From Clostridia bacterium (GTDB lineage Bacteria; Bacillota; Clostridia; Christensenellales; Aristaeellaceae): DNA of 64,000 bases. The notes below the pieces were generated by a model. It was not told the DNA's origin, searched no databases, and saw only the letters and a list, made by a program, of their open reading frames with translations. This document shows, piece by piece, positions 51,897-60,656 of this stretch (position 1 is the first letter of the stretch; each line of letters starts with the position of its first letter). Both the position numbers and the translations under genes were made by a program. The DNA lies in assembly GCA_017434775.1 (NCBI GenBank), contig JAFSGG010000042.1, forward strand, positions 60,837 through 124,836, in the 5' to 3' direction.

Positions 51897-52463
51897 ATGA
51901 TTTATCTCCAATTAAAGAACCGCGTCATCATGAATCCCGGAGAACAATTGCTCATTCGCCATGTAGCAGACGTCCTCTGCCCGGATAATTCATTGTCAAA
52001 GCAATTATTGGCAACGCCCGTTCCCTGTCCGCCCAATCCGGGTATATGGAAGATTTCACAAATACATGTACTGCAATGTCTTTCGGATATTGATTATGAT
52101 GTGGTTCCGATGGGTTCAGATGCATGTTATGTGCACTATGTACCGGAAAACAAGCAAAACAGAACGCATAGACTACGGTCTGTATTGGCATTTCTATTGC
52201 TATTGACAGGCAGTATGCTGGCAATCAGTTGGTTTCATGCAGACGTAAATATGTCTGAAGCACAAAATACGCTCTTTCGTATGGTCACAGGGAAAGAAGT
52301 GGAAAATCCGCTTCTGATTACCGTTCCGTATGCTGTAGGTGTGTTCTTTGGCGTCTCGCTCTTTTATGCCTTGCTTGGCAAGAAAGGAACGATTTCACCA
52401 TTGGATATCAAACTGCATGAATATCATACCACCAGTGAAAAATCGGCTGGTAAGGTGCCATGA
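51897..52463 (+). CDS. spoVAA: Stage V sporulation protein AA
   Basis: Matches the B. subtilis SpoVAA layout as recalled (WFHADVNM vs NFHEDVSM; VPYAVGVFFG vs IPYSIGLGLG). A possible forespore-type promoter GTTTA-N17-CATACTG lies at 51848-51876. Confidence 0.75.
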   Translation: MIYLQLKNRVIMNPGEQLLIRHVADVLCPDNSLSKQLLATPVPCPPNPGIWKISQIHVLQCLSDIDYDVVPMGSDACYVHYVPENKQNRTHRLRSVLAFLLLLTGSMLAISWFHADVNMSEAQNTLFRMVTGKEVENPLLITVPYAVGVFFGVSLFYALLGKKGTISPLDIKLHEYHTTSEKSAGKVP

Positions 52464-52849
52464 TAGAAACAGGATTAGGTTTGTTCTTTGGCGTTTTGCT
52501 TGGTTTGAGCGTTGCTCCCTTGTGGATGATGTTGCAAATTCCCATGCGTACATGTGAAATGACCGAAGCCGGCAATATGCGATTATGTGCATGGGCATTG
52601 GCACTGGGCAGCGCACTGGCTGCATTGAATCCAAGCGGCTTTTTTCCAGATTTTTTCGGTTGTTTTGCCTTTTTACTGAGCGGCGTGTTTACAGGTATGA
52701 TTGCTGCTGCTCTTGTGGAAGCGGTTGAGGTTGTTCCTGTTCTGTATGACAGATTGAGCATTTCAACCGATATGCGTTTTGCCGCTCTGGCAATTGCTCT
52801 TGGGAAAGGTTTCGGGGCCTTGATTGCGCCATATATAACAGGAGGATGA
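52460..52849 (+). CDS. spoVAB: Stage V sporulation protein AB
   Basis: GMIAAALVEAVEVVPVL matches the SpoVAB core; ATGA overlap with spoVAA. Confidence 0.75.
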   Translation: MIETGLGLFFGVLLGLSVAPLWMMLQIPMRTCEMTEAGNMRLCAWALALGSALAALNPSGFFPDFFGCFAFLLSGVFTGMIAAALVEAVEVVPVLYDRLSISTDMRFAALAIALGKGFGALIAPYITGG

Positions 52850-52979
52850 TTGCAATGAACCGGACCATCACGCCAGCAAGTACGCTGATACCACATCCCA
52901 AGCCGTCAAACAGAGAAATACATCACAAATCTGTACCGTTATTACCCTTTTGCAGAAACGAAAGGAGAACCGATCCTTC

Positions 52980-53438
52980 ATGAAACATAACATACCTGAT
53001 TCTGTTATCAAAAATTATCAGACTATGGTACGTAAATTAACCCCCAAGTCTCCTTTGGGCTCCGGGTGTCTGCGCGCTTTTGTTGTAGGCGGTTTTATTT
53101 GTATAATCGGCCAGGCTGCAACCGATTTAAGCCATGTCTATCTTGATTTGAATGCTTCAGAAGCATTGACTTTTGGTTCTGTGTTTCTTGTTTTCATAAC
53201 GGCCTTATTGACAGGCATCGGCGTATTTGATCGTATCGCGCGCTATGCAGGCGCCGGCACCGTCGTCCCTATTACGGGCTTTGCCAACGCTATGGTTTCC
53301 CCTGCTATGGAATTTAAGGCCGAAGGATGGGTGCTTGGCACCGGAGCAAAGCTGTTTACCATTGCAGGGCCGGTACTTGCCTACGGAATCAGCACAGCCG
53401 TTGCTGTTGGCATTCTTTATTTTCTGATTGGATGGTGA
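52980..53438 (+). CDS. spoVAC: Stage V sporulation protein AC
   Basis: AFVVGGFICIIGQ ... GAGTVVPITGFANAM, typical of SpoVAC. ATG is behind AAAGGAGAA. Confidence 0.9.
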   Translation: MKHNIPDSVIKNYQTMVRKLTPKSPLGSGCLRAFVVGGFICIIGQAATDLSHVYLDLNASEALTFGSVFLVFITALLTGIGVFDRIARYAGAGTVVPITGFANAMVSPAMEFKAEGWVLGTGAKLFTIAGPVLAYGISTAVAVGILYFLIGW

Positions 53439-53442
53439 TTTT

Positions 53443-54474
53443 GTGAAGAGTCTGAAAATCGGGAAGCAAACGATACGTTTCTTGTCTGCCCCCTCCCTGG
53501 TTGCTGCTGCAAGTGTTGTAGGGCCTAAAGAAGGCAGAGGTCCCCTTTCTCAACATTATGATATCATTTTGGATGATCCGATCAATCATACTGAAAGCTA
53601 TGAAATGGCCGAACATACGATGCTTTTGCAGGCTTGCAAACACTGTCTCACCAAAGCAAATATGCAGGAAGAACAAATCGATCTGATCCTGGGCGGCGAT
53701 TTGCTCAATCAGATTTTGTCCACCACTTTAACGGCCAGGGAGCTGCAGCGGCCGTTCATCGGTTTATATGGAGCTTGTTCAACCATGGCCGAATCCCTTC
53801 TGATGGGAAGCATATGCGTGGATGGAGGATATGCAGAAAATGCACTGTGCGCAGTATCCAGCCATTACTGTACTGCAGAGCGGCAGTTTCGCTATCCTTT
53901 GGAATACGGCAATCAACGAACGCCGGCCGCACAATGGACGGTAACGGGCGCCGGTGCATTCTTGATCAGCCATACACAGCATTCCCCTGTTTGCATTCCG
54001 TGCGGTACAATTGGCAAGGTTATGGATTATCAGATCAAGGATGCCAACAATATGGGTGCTGCCATGGCACCCGCCGCTGCAGACACATTAGCCGCTCATT
54101 TTCAGGATACAGGAAGAACACCTAAAGATTACGATCACATCTTCTCTGGGGATTTGGGCAAAGTGGGCAGTGATCTTTTGAAGAACCTGATGAAACAGAA
54201 AGGCTATGCATTGATAGAGGATAACTATACAGATTGTGGACTGATGGTTTTTGATCCCAAGGATGACGTGCACGCAGGTGCAAGCGGCTGCGGCTGTTCT
54301 GCCGTTGTTCTCAGCGCCTATATTCTGGATAAGATTCGTATCGGTGCGTGGAAACGTGTGCTTTTTATGGCTACAGGCGCATTGATGAGCACTACCTCCA
54401 GCCAACAAGGCGAGTCCATTCCGGGTATAGCTCATGCCATTGTGCTGGAACACAGGGAGGATGGAATGAAATGA
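53443..54474 (+). CDS. spoVAD: Stage V sporulation protein AD
   Basis: Thiolase-like fold protein (GKQTIRF...VVGPKEGRGPL...LYGACSTM). GTG 53443 is the favoured start. Confidence 0.9.
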   Translation: MKSLKIGKQTIRFLSAPSLVAAASVVGPKEGRGPLSQHYDIILDDPINHTESYEMAEHTMLLQACKHCLTKANMQEEQIDLILGGDLLNQILSTTLTARELQRPFIGLYGACSTMAESLLMGSICVDGGYAENALCAVSSHYCTAERQFRYPLEYGNQRTPAAQWTVTGAGAFLISHTQHSPVCIPCGTIGKVMDYQIKDANNMGAAMAPAAADTLAAHFQDTGRTPKDYDHIFSGDLGKVGSDLLKNLMKQKGYALIEDNYTDCGLMVFDPKDDVHAGASGCGCSAVVLSAYILDKIRIGAWKRVLFMATGALMSTTSSQQGESIPGIAHAIVLEHREDGMK

Positions 54475-54836
54475 TATTCATGTATCTGAAAGCATTTCTG
54501 GTGGGCGGAATTCTGTGCGCCATTGGCGAAGCGCTTATTCTAAAAACAAAGCTGACGCCGGCACGCATTTTGGTTGTTTATATTGTGGCCGGCGTGATTC
54601 TCAGTGCAGCGGGCCTTTATAAGCCGCTGGTTCAATTTGCCGGTGCGGGCGCCACCGTTCCTTTGACCGGCTTTGGACATGCACTGGCACAGGGAACGAT
54701 CCAGGCCGTGCAGGAAAAAGGCTGGATCGGCGCATTTACAGGCGGTCTGACGGCCACGGCAGGCGGCATTGCCGCAGCTGTTTTCTTTGGTCTGATAGCT
54801 GCATTCTGTTTCAAACCAAAGCCGAAAGATTTCTGA
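54471..54836 (+). CDS. spoVAE: Stage V sporulation protein AE (SpoVAEb-type)
   Basis: AFLVGGILCAIGE...GAGATVPLTGFGHAL, a SpoVAC/AEb paralog; ATGA overlap with spoVAD. Confidence 0.9.
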   Translation: MIFMYLKAFLVGGILCAIGEALILKTKLTPARILVVYIVAGVILSAAGLYKPLVQFAGAGATVPLTGFGHALAQGTIQAVQEKGWIGAFTGGLTATAGGIAAAVFFGLIAAFCFKPKPKDF

Positions 54837-54904
54837 CAGAACAGGACTGTGGTCCTCCAAACAGTCGCTCCATTACACTTTTCAAATCTGCCTTGAAACA
54901 TAAT

Positions 54905-54940
54905 AAAAAGCCTTGAACCCTTATGGGACAAGGCTTTTTT
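54905..54940. terminator. Bidirectional terminator (spoVA operon / tRNA-Arg)
   Basis: Stem AAGCCTTG / CAAGGCTT with inner CCC/GGG pairs; A-run upstream and T7 downstream. Confidence 0.75.
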
Positions 54941-54944
54941 TATT

Positions 54945-55021
54945 TGGCGAACCCGGCGCGACTCGAACGCGCGACCTTCAGAGTCGGAGTCTGACACTCT
55001 ATCCAACTGAGCTACGGGTCC
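54945..55021 (-). tRNA. tRNA-Arg (anticodon CCG), CCA encoded
   Basis: The reverse complement reads GGACCCGTAGCTCAGTTGGATAGAGTG-TCAGA-CTCCGAC-TCTGA-AGGTCGCGCGTTCGAGTCGCGCCGGGTTCGCCA, a full cloverleaf. Confidence 0.9.
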
Positions 55022-55045
55022 ATGTGTCTTTCGGACAGCCAAATC

Positions 55046-55074
55046 AATATATCACAAATGGAAGTGTCTGTCAA
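55046..55074 (-). promoter_or_regulatory. Sigma-A type promoter for tRNA-Arg
   Basis: The minus strand reads TTGACA-N17-TATATT, about 25 nt upstream of the mature 5' end. Confidence 0.55.
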
Positions 55075-55117
55075 GGTGTTTCAGCCAGATTTCTTTCGTC
55101 ATTTTCCGTGAGATCAA

Positions 55118-55648
55118 TCATGTCAAGGGGCATACATACTCTTCCCTGCGCAGTTCATAATCAACAGAAGATTGAGGCCTGCCCAGCTGATCATACCAGC
55201 TGTCTTTATTCACGCGTAATTTGCGAAATCCCAGTTTTTCATATACATGCTGTGCACGCGTATTGTTCAGATTTGTATCCAGCAAAACCTTTTCGCAATT
55301 GCGAATGGTGAAAAGCCCCTGCAGGAACATGTGCAGTATCAGCGTGCCAAAGCCTTTGTCCTGATAGGTCCTTTCACAAATCTTGATTCCCATTTCACAG
55401 CTTGTTTCATCCAGATGCCGGTAATTCATTTCGCCAACCGGTTTCTCATTGATCAGGATGATATGCCTTCTGGTGGTTTCATCGGATTCCATCAGTATTT
55501 TTCGGGTGATTTCTTCTTCGCTGGTGCCAAGTCCCAGCGGAAAACCGGCATGTGCCATCACTTCCCCGTCGTTCCACCATGTACACAGCAGGGCCGCATC
55601 TTCAACTTCAGCATTTCGTATTCTGATATTTCGGTATGTAAGATTCAT
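55118..55648 (-). CDS. GNAT-family N-acetyltransferase (AAC(6')/RimL-like)
   Basis: WWNDGEVMAHAGFP and QDKGFGT...HVYEKLGF motifs. The start is at MNLTYRN, behind GAAAGGGAAAAG. Confidence 0.8.
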   Translation of the reverse strand: MNLTYRNIRIRNAEVEDAALLCTWWNDGEVMAHAGFPLGLGTSEEEITRKILMESDETTRRHIILINEKPVGEMNYRHLDETSCEMGIKICERTYQDKGFGTLILHMFLQGLFTIRNCEKVLLDTNLNNTRAQHVYEKLGFRKLRVNKDSWYDQLGRPQSSVDYELRREEYVCPLT

Positions 55649-55845
55649 CTTTTCCCTTTCATCGCCGGATGACCTCCAGCCAGCTGTTTCTTTTGATCCA
55701 CGGGCTCTGCCAGCCATTTCGCCGATATTCACGCAAAGCGAGCCGCGCTTTTTTCCTTTGATTTCTGTACTCCTTATCAAACAGCAACAAATCAACCACA
55801 CCCTCTCATGTTTTACAATTAAAGGATGTGGCAGTTCTTGCTGTT

Positions 55846-57321
55846 TTATACTTTTTTATCCTTCCATTTGCCGCTGGCAAAACGAGGATAGAAGAACAGG
55901 AAACGCAGCACAATTTCAGAAAGGCCGAAAATCCAGGTGACAGTCAGGCCCTGATGCAATACATTTACGGCAATATAGGCCATAATGGGTCTTACAACAC
56001 TGACACAAACCGTCGCCACAGCTGCAACATACAGATTATCCCCGGCCCCGCGCAGAGAACCGGACATTACCACCGAGCTGATCTGGAAAGGCTGGATGGC
56101 GGCCAGCACCAGCATGGTTTCTGCAGCAAAACGAATAACCACGTCTGCATTCTGCGTATCTGCACCGATATACAACCCGGCCAATGGATAGCGGAACAGC
56201 ACAATCAGCGAACCAATAACGATGGAGACAATTACGGCATAACGCTGACAAATCTTTCCGTAAAGCATGGACAGGTCCCAGCGCCTGGCACCCAGATTCT
56301 GCCCTACCAATGCCGTTCCTGCTACGCCAAGCCCGTCACCGAAAGTAAACGTCAGGTTCAGCAGCTGCATGCACACCTGATTGGCGGCATACTGATCCGT
56401 ACCCAGGGAAAACAGGATCTTCGCATATACAAAAAAACCAAACCGAACCCCCAGCTGTTCAATGGCAGCATTACCGCTGACCTTTGAAATGGCTTTCATG
56501 GTATCTTTTTCAAAACGCCATTTATCATGAATGGACAGATGCAGATACCCTTTATGCTTGCCGCCTGCCAGTACAGTTCCAAGGGCCAGCAGGAAGCCCA
56601 CACTCAGGCCGATGAAAGAAGCCCAGGCTGCGCCTTCAACGCCCAACGCCGGGAACCCAAGATTGCCACCAATCAGGCAATAATTAAAAAATACATTGAC
56701 AAGATTGCTCAGTATGCGCACGCGCATGGTGATCTTTGTATTGCCGGCACCGCGCTGGGCAGCACAAATACACATAGCCAGCGCATCCACGGGTAAGGCG
56801 TACGTCATGATGCGGAAATACGTTACTGCATCGTTAAAGATTTTCAAGTCTTCCGGCGTATCAACTTTGCCGCCGGCCAGTTTCAGCAACGGCTCTGCAA
56901 AAATCAGCGCAAGAGACCCAAGAATCGCTACCATGCCCACCACAATCATCATGGCGTTGCGCAGGGTGTTGTTGGCCTCTTCCGGACGCTGCTGCCCTTT
57001 TCTGCGTGCCACGATGGCAGTGATACCCACATTCAGGGCAAAAAACAGGCACAACATCAGCATTCTGGGCTGTGTGGGCAGGCCTGTGGAATTAATCGCT
57101 CCTGCTCCGAGCGTATTGCCAACCATCATCATATCGATGGAACCAATGAGACTGACAAAAACCATTTCAGCAACGGAAGGCAGGGCAATACGGAGCACAT
57201 TCTGATAAGCTTGCTTCCCGCCCGGCAATTCTCCCAGCCGGTTTTCTTTCTTCACCAGGTATTCTGGGTGAAAAAAACGTTTCAAAACATTTTCAGACAT
57301 GGATAAAATGTATCCTTTCAT
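55846..57321 (-). CDS. MATE-family efflux transporter
   Basis: 12-TM architecture and a typical N-terminal LRIALPSVAEMVFVSLIGSIDMMMVG. The alternative start is ATG 57300. Confidence 0.85.
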   Translation of the reverse strand: MKGYILSMSENVLKRFFHPEYLVKKENRLGELPGGKQAYQNVLRIALPSVAEMVFVSLIGSIDMMMVGNTLGAGAINSTGLPTQPRMLMLCLFFALNVGITAIVARRKGQQRPEEANNTLRNAMMIVVGMVAILGSLALIFAEPLLKLAGGKVDTPEDLKIFNDAVTYFRIMTYALPVDALAMCICAAQRGAGNTKITMRVRILSNLVNVFFNYCLIGGNLGFPALGVEGAAWASFIGLSVGFLLALGTVLAGGKHKGYLHLSIHDKWRFEKDTMKAISKVSGNAAIEQLGVRFGFFVYAKILFSLGTDQYAANQVCMQLLNLTFTFGDGLGVAGTALVGQNLGARRWDLSMLYGKICQRYAVIVSIVIGSLIVLFRYPLAGLYIGADTQNADVVIRFAAETMLVLAAIQPFQISSVVMSGSLRGAGDNLYVAAVATVCVSVVRPIMAYIAVNVLHQGLTVTWIFGLSEIVLRFLFFYPRFASGKWKDKKV

Positions 57322-57553
57322 CCGTTCTATTTATATGCAGTTTATTCTATCACGATAAGGGCAGGATGTAAATCAATCGCGAAAATTTTATGGACGACGA
57401 TTTACATTTCACCCATTAATTTGTCGTTGGCGTTCTGCAAATAGTTTGTTATAATGTATGCGTAACTGTACGCATGAAACGTATAAATCCATCCGAAAAT
57501 GTTCATAATGATTTTGTAAGCACCCCGTTATTATCTTGTAAAGGAGTTTTAGC

Positions 57554-59236
57554 TTGAAAAAACTGCAACGTATTCTCGCTGTTTGCCTGTTATTGTCTCT
57601 GCTTCCCCTCCTCCCCGTACAGGCTGCTGCAAAAACAGACGGAACAATCCGGGTATTGCTCACACGGCTGAATATCACAGACACCGTACGCCTGTCTCTG
57701 GATGGCAGCTATACGCTCCATGGTATTTCCTTTCAACGGGGCAGCGATCTGGTCATTTCCTGTAAAACCGGTTCTTTGATGGTTTATTACGAGGGAATGG
57801 CGCTCAACGTCGGCAAAACCATGACATTGCAGCGCCACCCAATCTCCGATGGAAAAGAAAATGGAATCCGCATCAATGATGTGTATGAACTGCATCCCGG
57901 CGATCTGGTCATTTCCGTGCAAAACGGCATGCTGCGCCTTGTATTGCATGCTCCTGTGGAAGAATATCTGCTGGGTGTGGTTCCTTATGAAATGAGTGAT
58001 TCTTTTCCCCTGGAAGCCTTGAAAGCACAAGCAATTACCGCCCGAACTTATGCTCTGAGGAAAAGCGGCAGCGCCAACGATTATGATGTGGTGGATAATA
58101 CAAATGATCAGGCTTATATGGGCATCAGAGCCGAAAACACAAGAGCCGCTCAGGCCATTACAGAAACCGCCGGCATCTGCGGTATCTATAAAGGCCGCCT
58201 GGCAGAATGCTATTATTCCGCCAGCAATGGCGGCCAGACAGAACTGGTGCACCATGTATGGGGAAATGGCGATTATGATTACCTGCGCATGTATGATGAT
58301 CCCTATGATCTGGAAAATCCCGAAAGCGTGGTCATGCGTGCCTCGTTGCCAAAGACGATCAAACATGCTGATCAGCTTGGACAGTTGAAAGAGGCTGTTT
58401 ATGCCGAATTGGATGAACCGCTTTCTGCGCAGGGATTTGACCTGGCTTCCGGGTACCATATCCGCAGCATTGATAAGATCGAATTGATGTCCCCTAAATT
58501 TTCCGATTCTCCGTCCCGAGTGATGACAAAAATGGTTCTGACCCTGACGGTAGAAGGAATGGTATATGAACAGGAAGAAGAGGATGTGAGCATTGTTTTG
58601 CTGGAAAACCCGCAAAACGATGTTCCGGAAGAAGCACCTGCATATGTTCTGATGCCACGAAAAACGCAGATTACCGTCACCCTCCCTGTTTTTGACACAG
58701 TGGAGAATGCACTGAAATTATCCGTTAATCAGACGGATAACGAATTGATCACCGTCACGGAAACAGACGATGCCTTTATCTTTGAAAGCCGTAGATATGG
58801 GCACGGTGTGGGCATGAGCCAACGCGGCGCCCAGTGGATGGCTGCACAATATGACTGGAATTATCAGCAAATCCTGCATTTTTATTATCCCGGAATGACC
58901 CTTGAAACCTATACTTATACCCATGCAATGCCGGAAACCGTCCACAGCGCTTTTCTCACGACCCCCGGCCCGCCGGCCACGCCCACACCGCGGCCTACAG
59001 CGCGGCCGCTTATGACCACGCCTGCACCCGGTCAGATGATCGTGGCGGTGAACAATATTGCTCCCAACTCTTATCTCAACATGAGAGCGCAGCCTTCTAC
59101 CTCCTCCGACGTTCTTCGTCAGCTGTATTACGGGCAAAGACTGATCGTCGTCAAAGACATGGGCGATTGGCTATTTGTGCGAATGGACGATATGGAAGGT
59201 TATGTGATGAAGGAATTTGTTGTACAGATGCCATAA
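57554..59236 (+). CDS. SpoIID/LytB-domain protein with one C-terminal SH3b domain
   Basis: Signal peptide, SpoIID motifs (YLLGVVPYEMSDSFPLEALKAQAITARTY, YYSASNGGQTE, GHGVGMSQRGA), a Pro-rich linker and an SH3b domain. It is a paralog of 30658-34152. Confidence 0.85.
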   Translation: MKKLQRILAVCLLLSLLPLLPVQAAAKTDGTIRVLLTRLNITDTVRLSLDGSYTLHGISFQRGSDLVISCKTGSLMVYYEGMALNVGKTMTLQRHPISDGKENGIRINDVYELHPGDLVISVQNGMLRLVLHAPVEEYLLGVVPYEMSDSFPLEALKAQAITARTYALRKSGSANDYDVVDNTNDQAYMGIRAENTRAAQAITETAGICGIYKGRLAECYYSASNGGQTELVHHVWGNGDYDYLRMYDDPYDLENPESVVMRASLPKTIKHADQLGQLKEAVYAELDEPLSAQGFDLASGYHIRSIDKIELMSPKFSDSPSRVMTKMVLTLTVEGMVYEQEEEDVSIVLLENPQNDVPEEAPAYVLMPRKTQITVTLPVFDTVENALKLSVNQTDNELITVTETDDAFIFESRRYGHGVGMSQRGAQWMAAQYDWNYQQILHFYYPGMTLETYTYTHAMPETVHSAFLTTPGPPATPTPRPTARPLMTTPAPGQMIVAVNNIAPNSYLNMRAQPSTSSDVLRQLYYGQRLIVVKDMGDWLFVRMDDMEGYVMKEFVVQMP

Positions 59237-59240
59237 AAAC

Positions 59241-59275
59241 AGCGGCTCTGATCATTGAATCAGGCCGCTTTTGAT
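59241..59275 (+). terminator. Terminator after the SpoIID paralog (overlaps 3' end of the convergent GH3 gene)
   Basis: Stem AGCGGC-CTGAT / ATCAG-GCCGCT followed by TTTTGATTTT. Confidence 0.6.
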
Positions 59276-60400
59276 TTTGAGAGTCAGAATACGCTCCACG
59301 CTTTCGTCGATCCTCTCCATGGGAATGGTACCGTTTTTTACCGCTTTCTGTATAGCTTTATGGCATTCCTGGCCATTGCCGGGCACCAGCAGAACGTCCG
59401 CTCCGGCTAGAATGGAAAGCACAGCCGCCTCTCCTGCGGAATATTCATCCGTAATGGCACCCATGCGCAGCGCATCCGTAATAACGACGCCGTCATAGCC
59501 CATATCCTGCCGGAGCAATCCATTGATCACCAAAGGAGAAAGGGATGCGGGATATTTGCTGTCAATCCGCCGCGCCGTCAGATGGGATACCATGATCATC
59601 TGCGCATCCTTTTGAATTGCTTCCCGGAAGGGAATCAGCTCGGCCTTTTTCATTTCATCCAGCTCTCTTGAATGACCGGTGGACACATTATGGGTATTTC
59701 TTTCAATGGTACCATGACCCGGAAAATGCTTATAGCAGGCAATCAGGCCGCCGTCATTGAGGCCCCTCGCCATTTCCGTTGCCATTTCTGCCACCCGATG
59801 TGGATCTGAGCCGTAACTTCTCGTTTCCAGTTCAGGGGCATCAGCTATGCGCACATCTGCCACCGGAGCCAGATCCAGATTAATTCCATATTCTTTCAGA
59901 TAAGAAGCGGTATATTTTCCGGCATTGTATGCATCAATGCTCTCGCCGCTCTGCCCGATTTCTTCCGCTGATGGAGCGGGATCAATGCCCAGCTTGTTGG
60001 CAATACGGATAACCTGTCCCCCTTCTTCATCCACGGCGATAAAAGGCATATAAAGCCCGGCTTTGCTGCTGCCAGATACAATATCATCCGTCAGTGCTTT
60101 CAATTGCTCAGACGATGCGATGTTCTGCCCGTAAAGAATGACACCGCCGGCAGGCAGTGTGGAAAAGCAATCGGCATCACTGATGCGCTCTGTTCTTTTT
60201 TCGTCGGTCAAATCTTCCGGCGCCACCATCAGCATCATGCCCACTTTTTCTTCCATTGTCATATTTCGCATCAGAAATCTGGCCTGTTCACGGGGATCGG
60301 GAACAATGTTAATTTGCTCATCGTCCACAAACCATTCTTCCGCACAAGCGGGCATCAACATGCACAACGCGATCAAAAGAATAAAAAAACGCTGAAACAT
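59252..60400 (-). CDS. nagZ: Secreted glycoside hydrolase family 3 beta-N-acetylhexosaminidase (NagZ-like)
   Basis: Signal peptide and GH3 motifs (KHFPGHG, VSHL..., VITDAL). Confidence 0.85.
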   Translation of the reverse strand: MFQRFFILLIALCMLMPACAEEWFVDDEQINIVPDPREQARFLMRNMTMEEKVGMMLMVAPEDLTDEKRTERISDADCFSTLPAGGVILYGQNIASSEQLKALTDDIVSGSSKAGLYMPFIAVDEEGGQVIRIANKLGIDPAPSAEEIGQSGESIDAYNAGKYTASYLKEYGINLDLAPVADVRIADAPELETRSYGSDPHRVAEMATEMARGLNDGGLIACYKHFPGHGTIERNTHNVSTGHSRELDEMKKAELIPFREAIQKDAQMIMVSHLTARRIDSKYPASLSPLVINGLLRQDMGYDGVVITDALRMGAITDEYSAGEAAVLSILAGADVLLVPGNGQECHKAIQKAVKNGTIPMERIDESVERILTLKIKSGLIQ

Positions 60401-60466
60401 AAGTCGATCCTTTCCGAATAAGTCTTACAAACATTCTATCACAACGCCATTTGATTTACAATCTTC

Positions 60467-60496
60467 TTGACAAAACTGCTTGCAAATTGTTATACT
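60467..60496 (+). promoter_or_regulatory. Sigma-A type promoter of the ABC-F gene leader
   Basis: TTGACA-N18-TATACT, about 160 nt upstream of the ABC-F ATG. Confidence 0.6.
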
Positions 60497-60526
60497 GATT
60501 TTATCAGAAAGCAAAGGGGTGGAAAG

Positions 60527-60538
60527 ATGCGCAAGTAA
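60527..60538 (+). promoter_or_regulatory. 3-codon leader mini-ORF (Met-Arg-Lys-stop) in the ABC-F leader
   Basis: AGGGGTGG SD 5-6 nt upstream, then ATG CGC AAG TAA. The stop abuts helix segment CCTGCAC (60539-60545). Confidence 0.3.
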
Positions 60539-60656
60539 CCTGCACCATTTACAAAAAATTCAGCAATTCAATTGCTATTTTTTGTGTGCAGGAAAATGCG
60601 GCATCTTTTTTGCTGTGTAAAAGTATATTTCCTGTGCACATTTTACGGAGGGAATT

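Noticed and set aside
54632-55042. 136-aa ORF on the minus strand.
   Set aside because: It runs through tRNA-Arg(CCG), the bidirectional terminator and the antisense strand of spoVAE.
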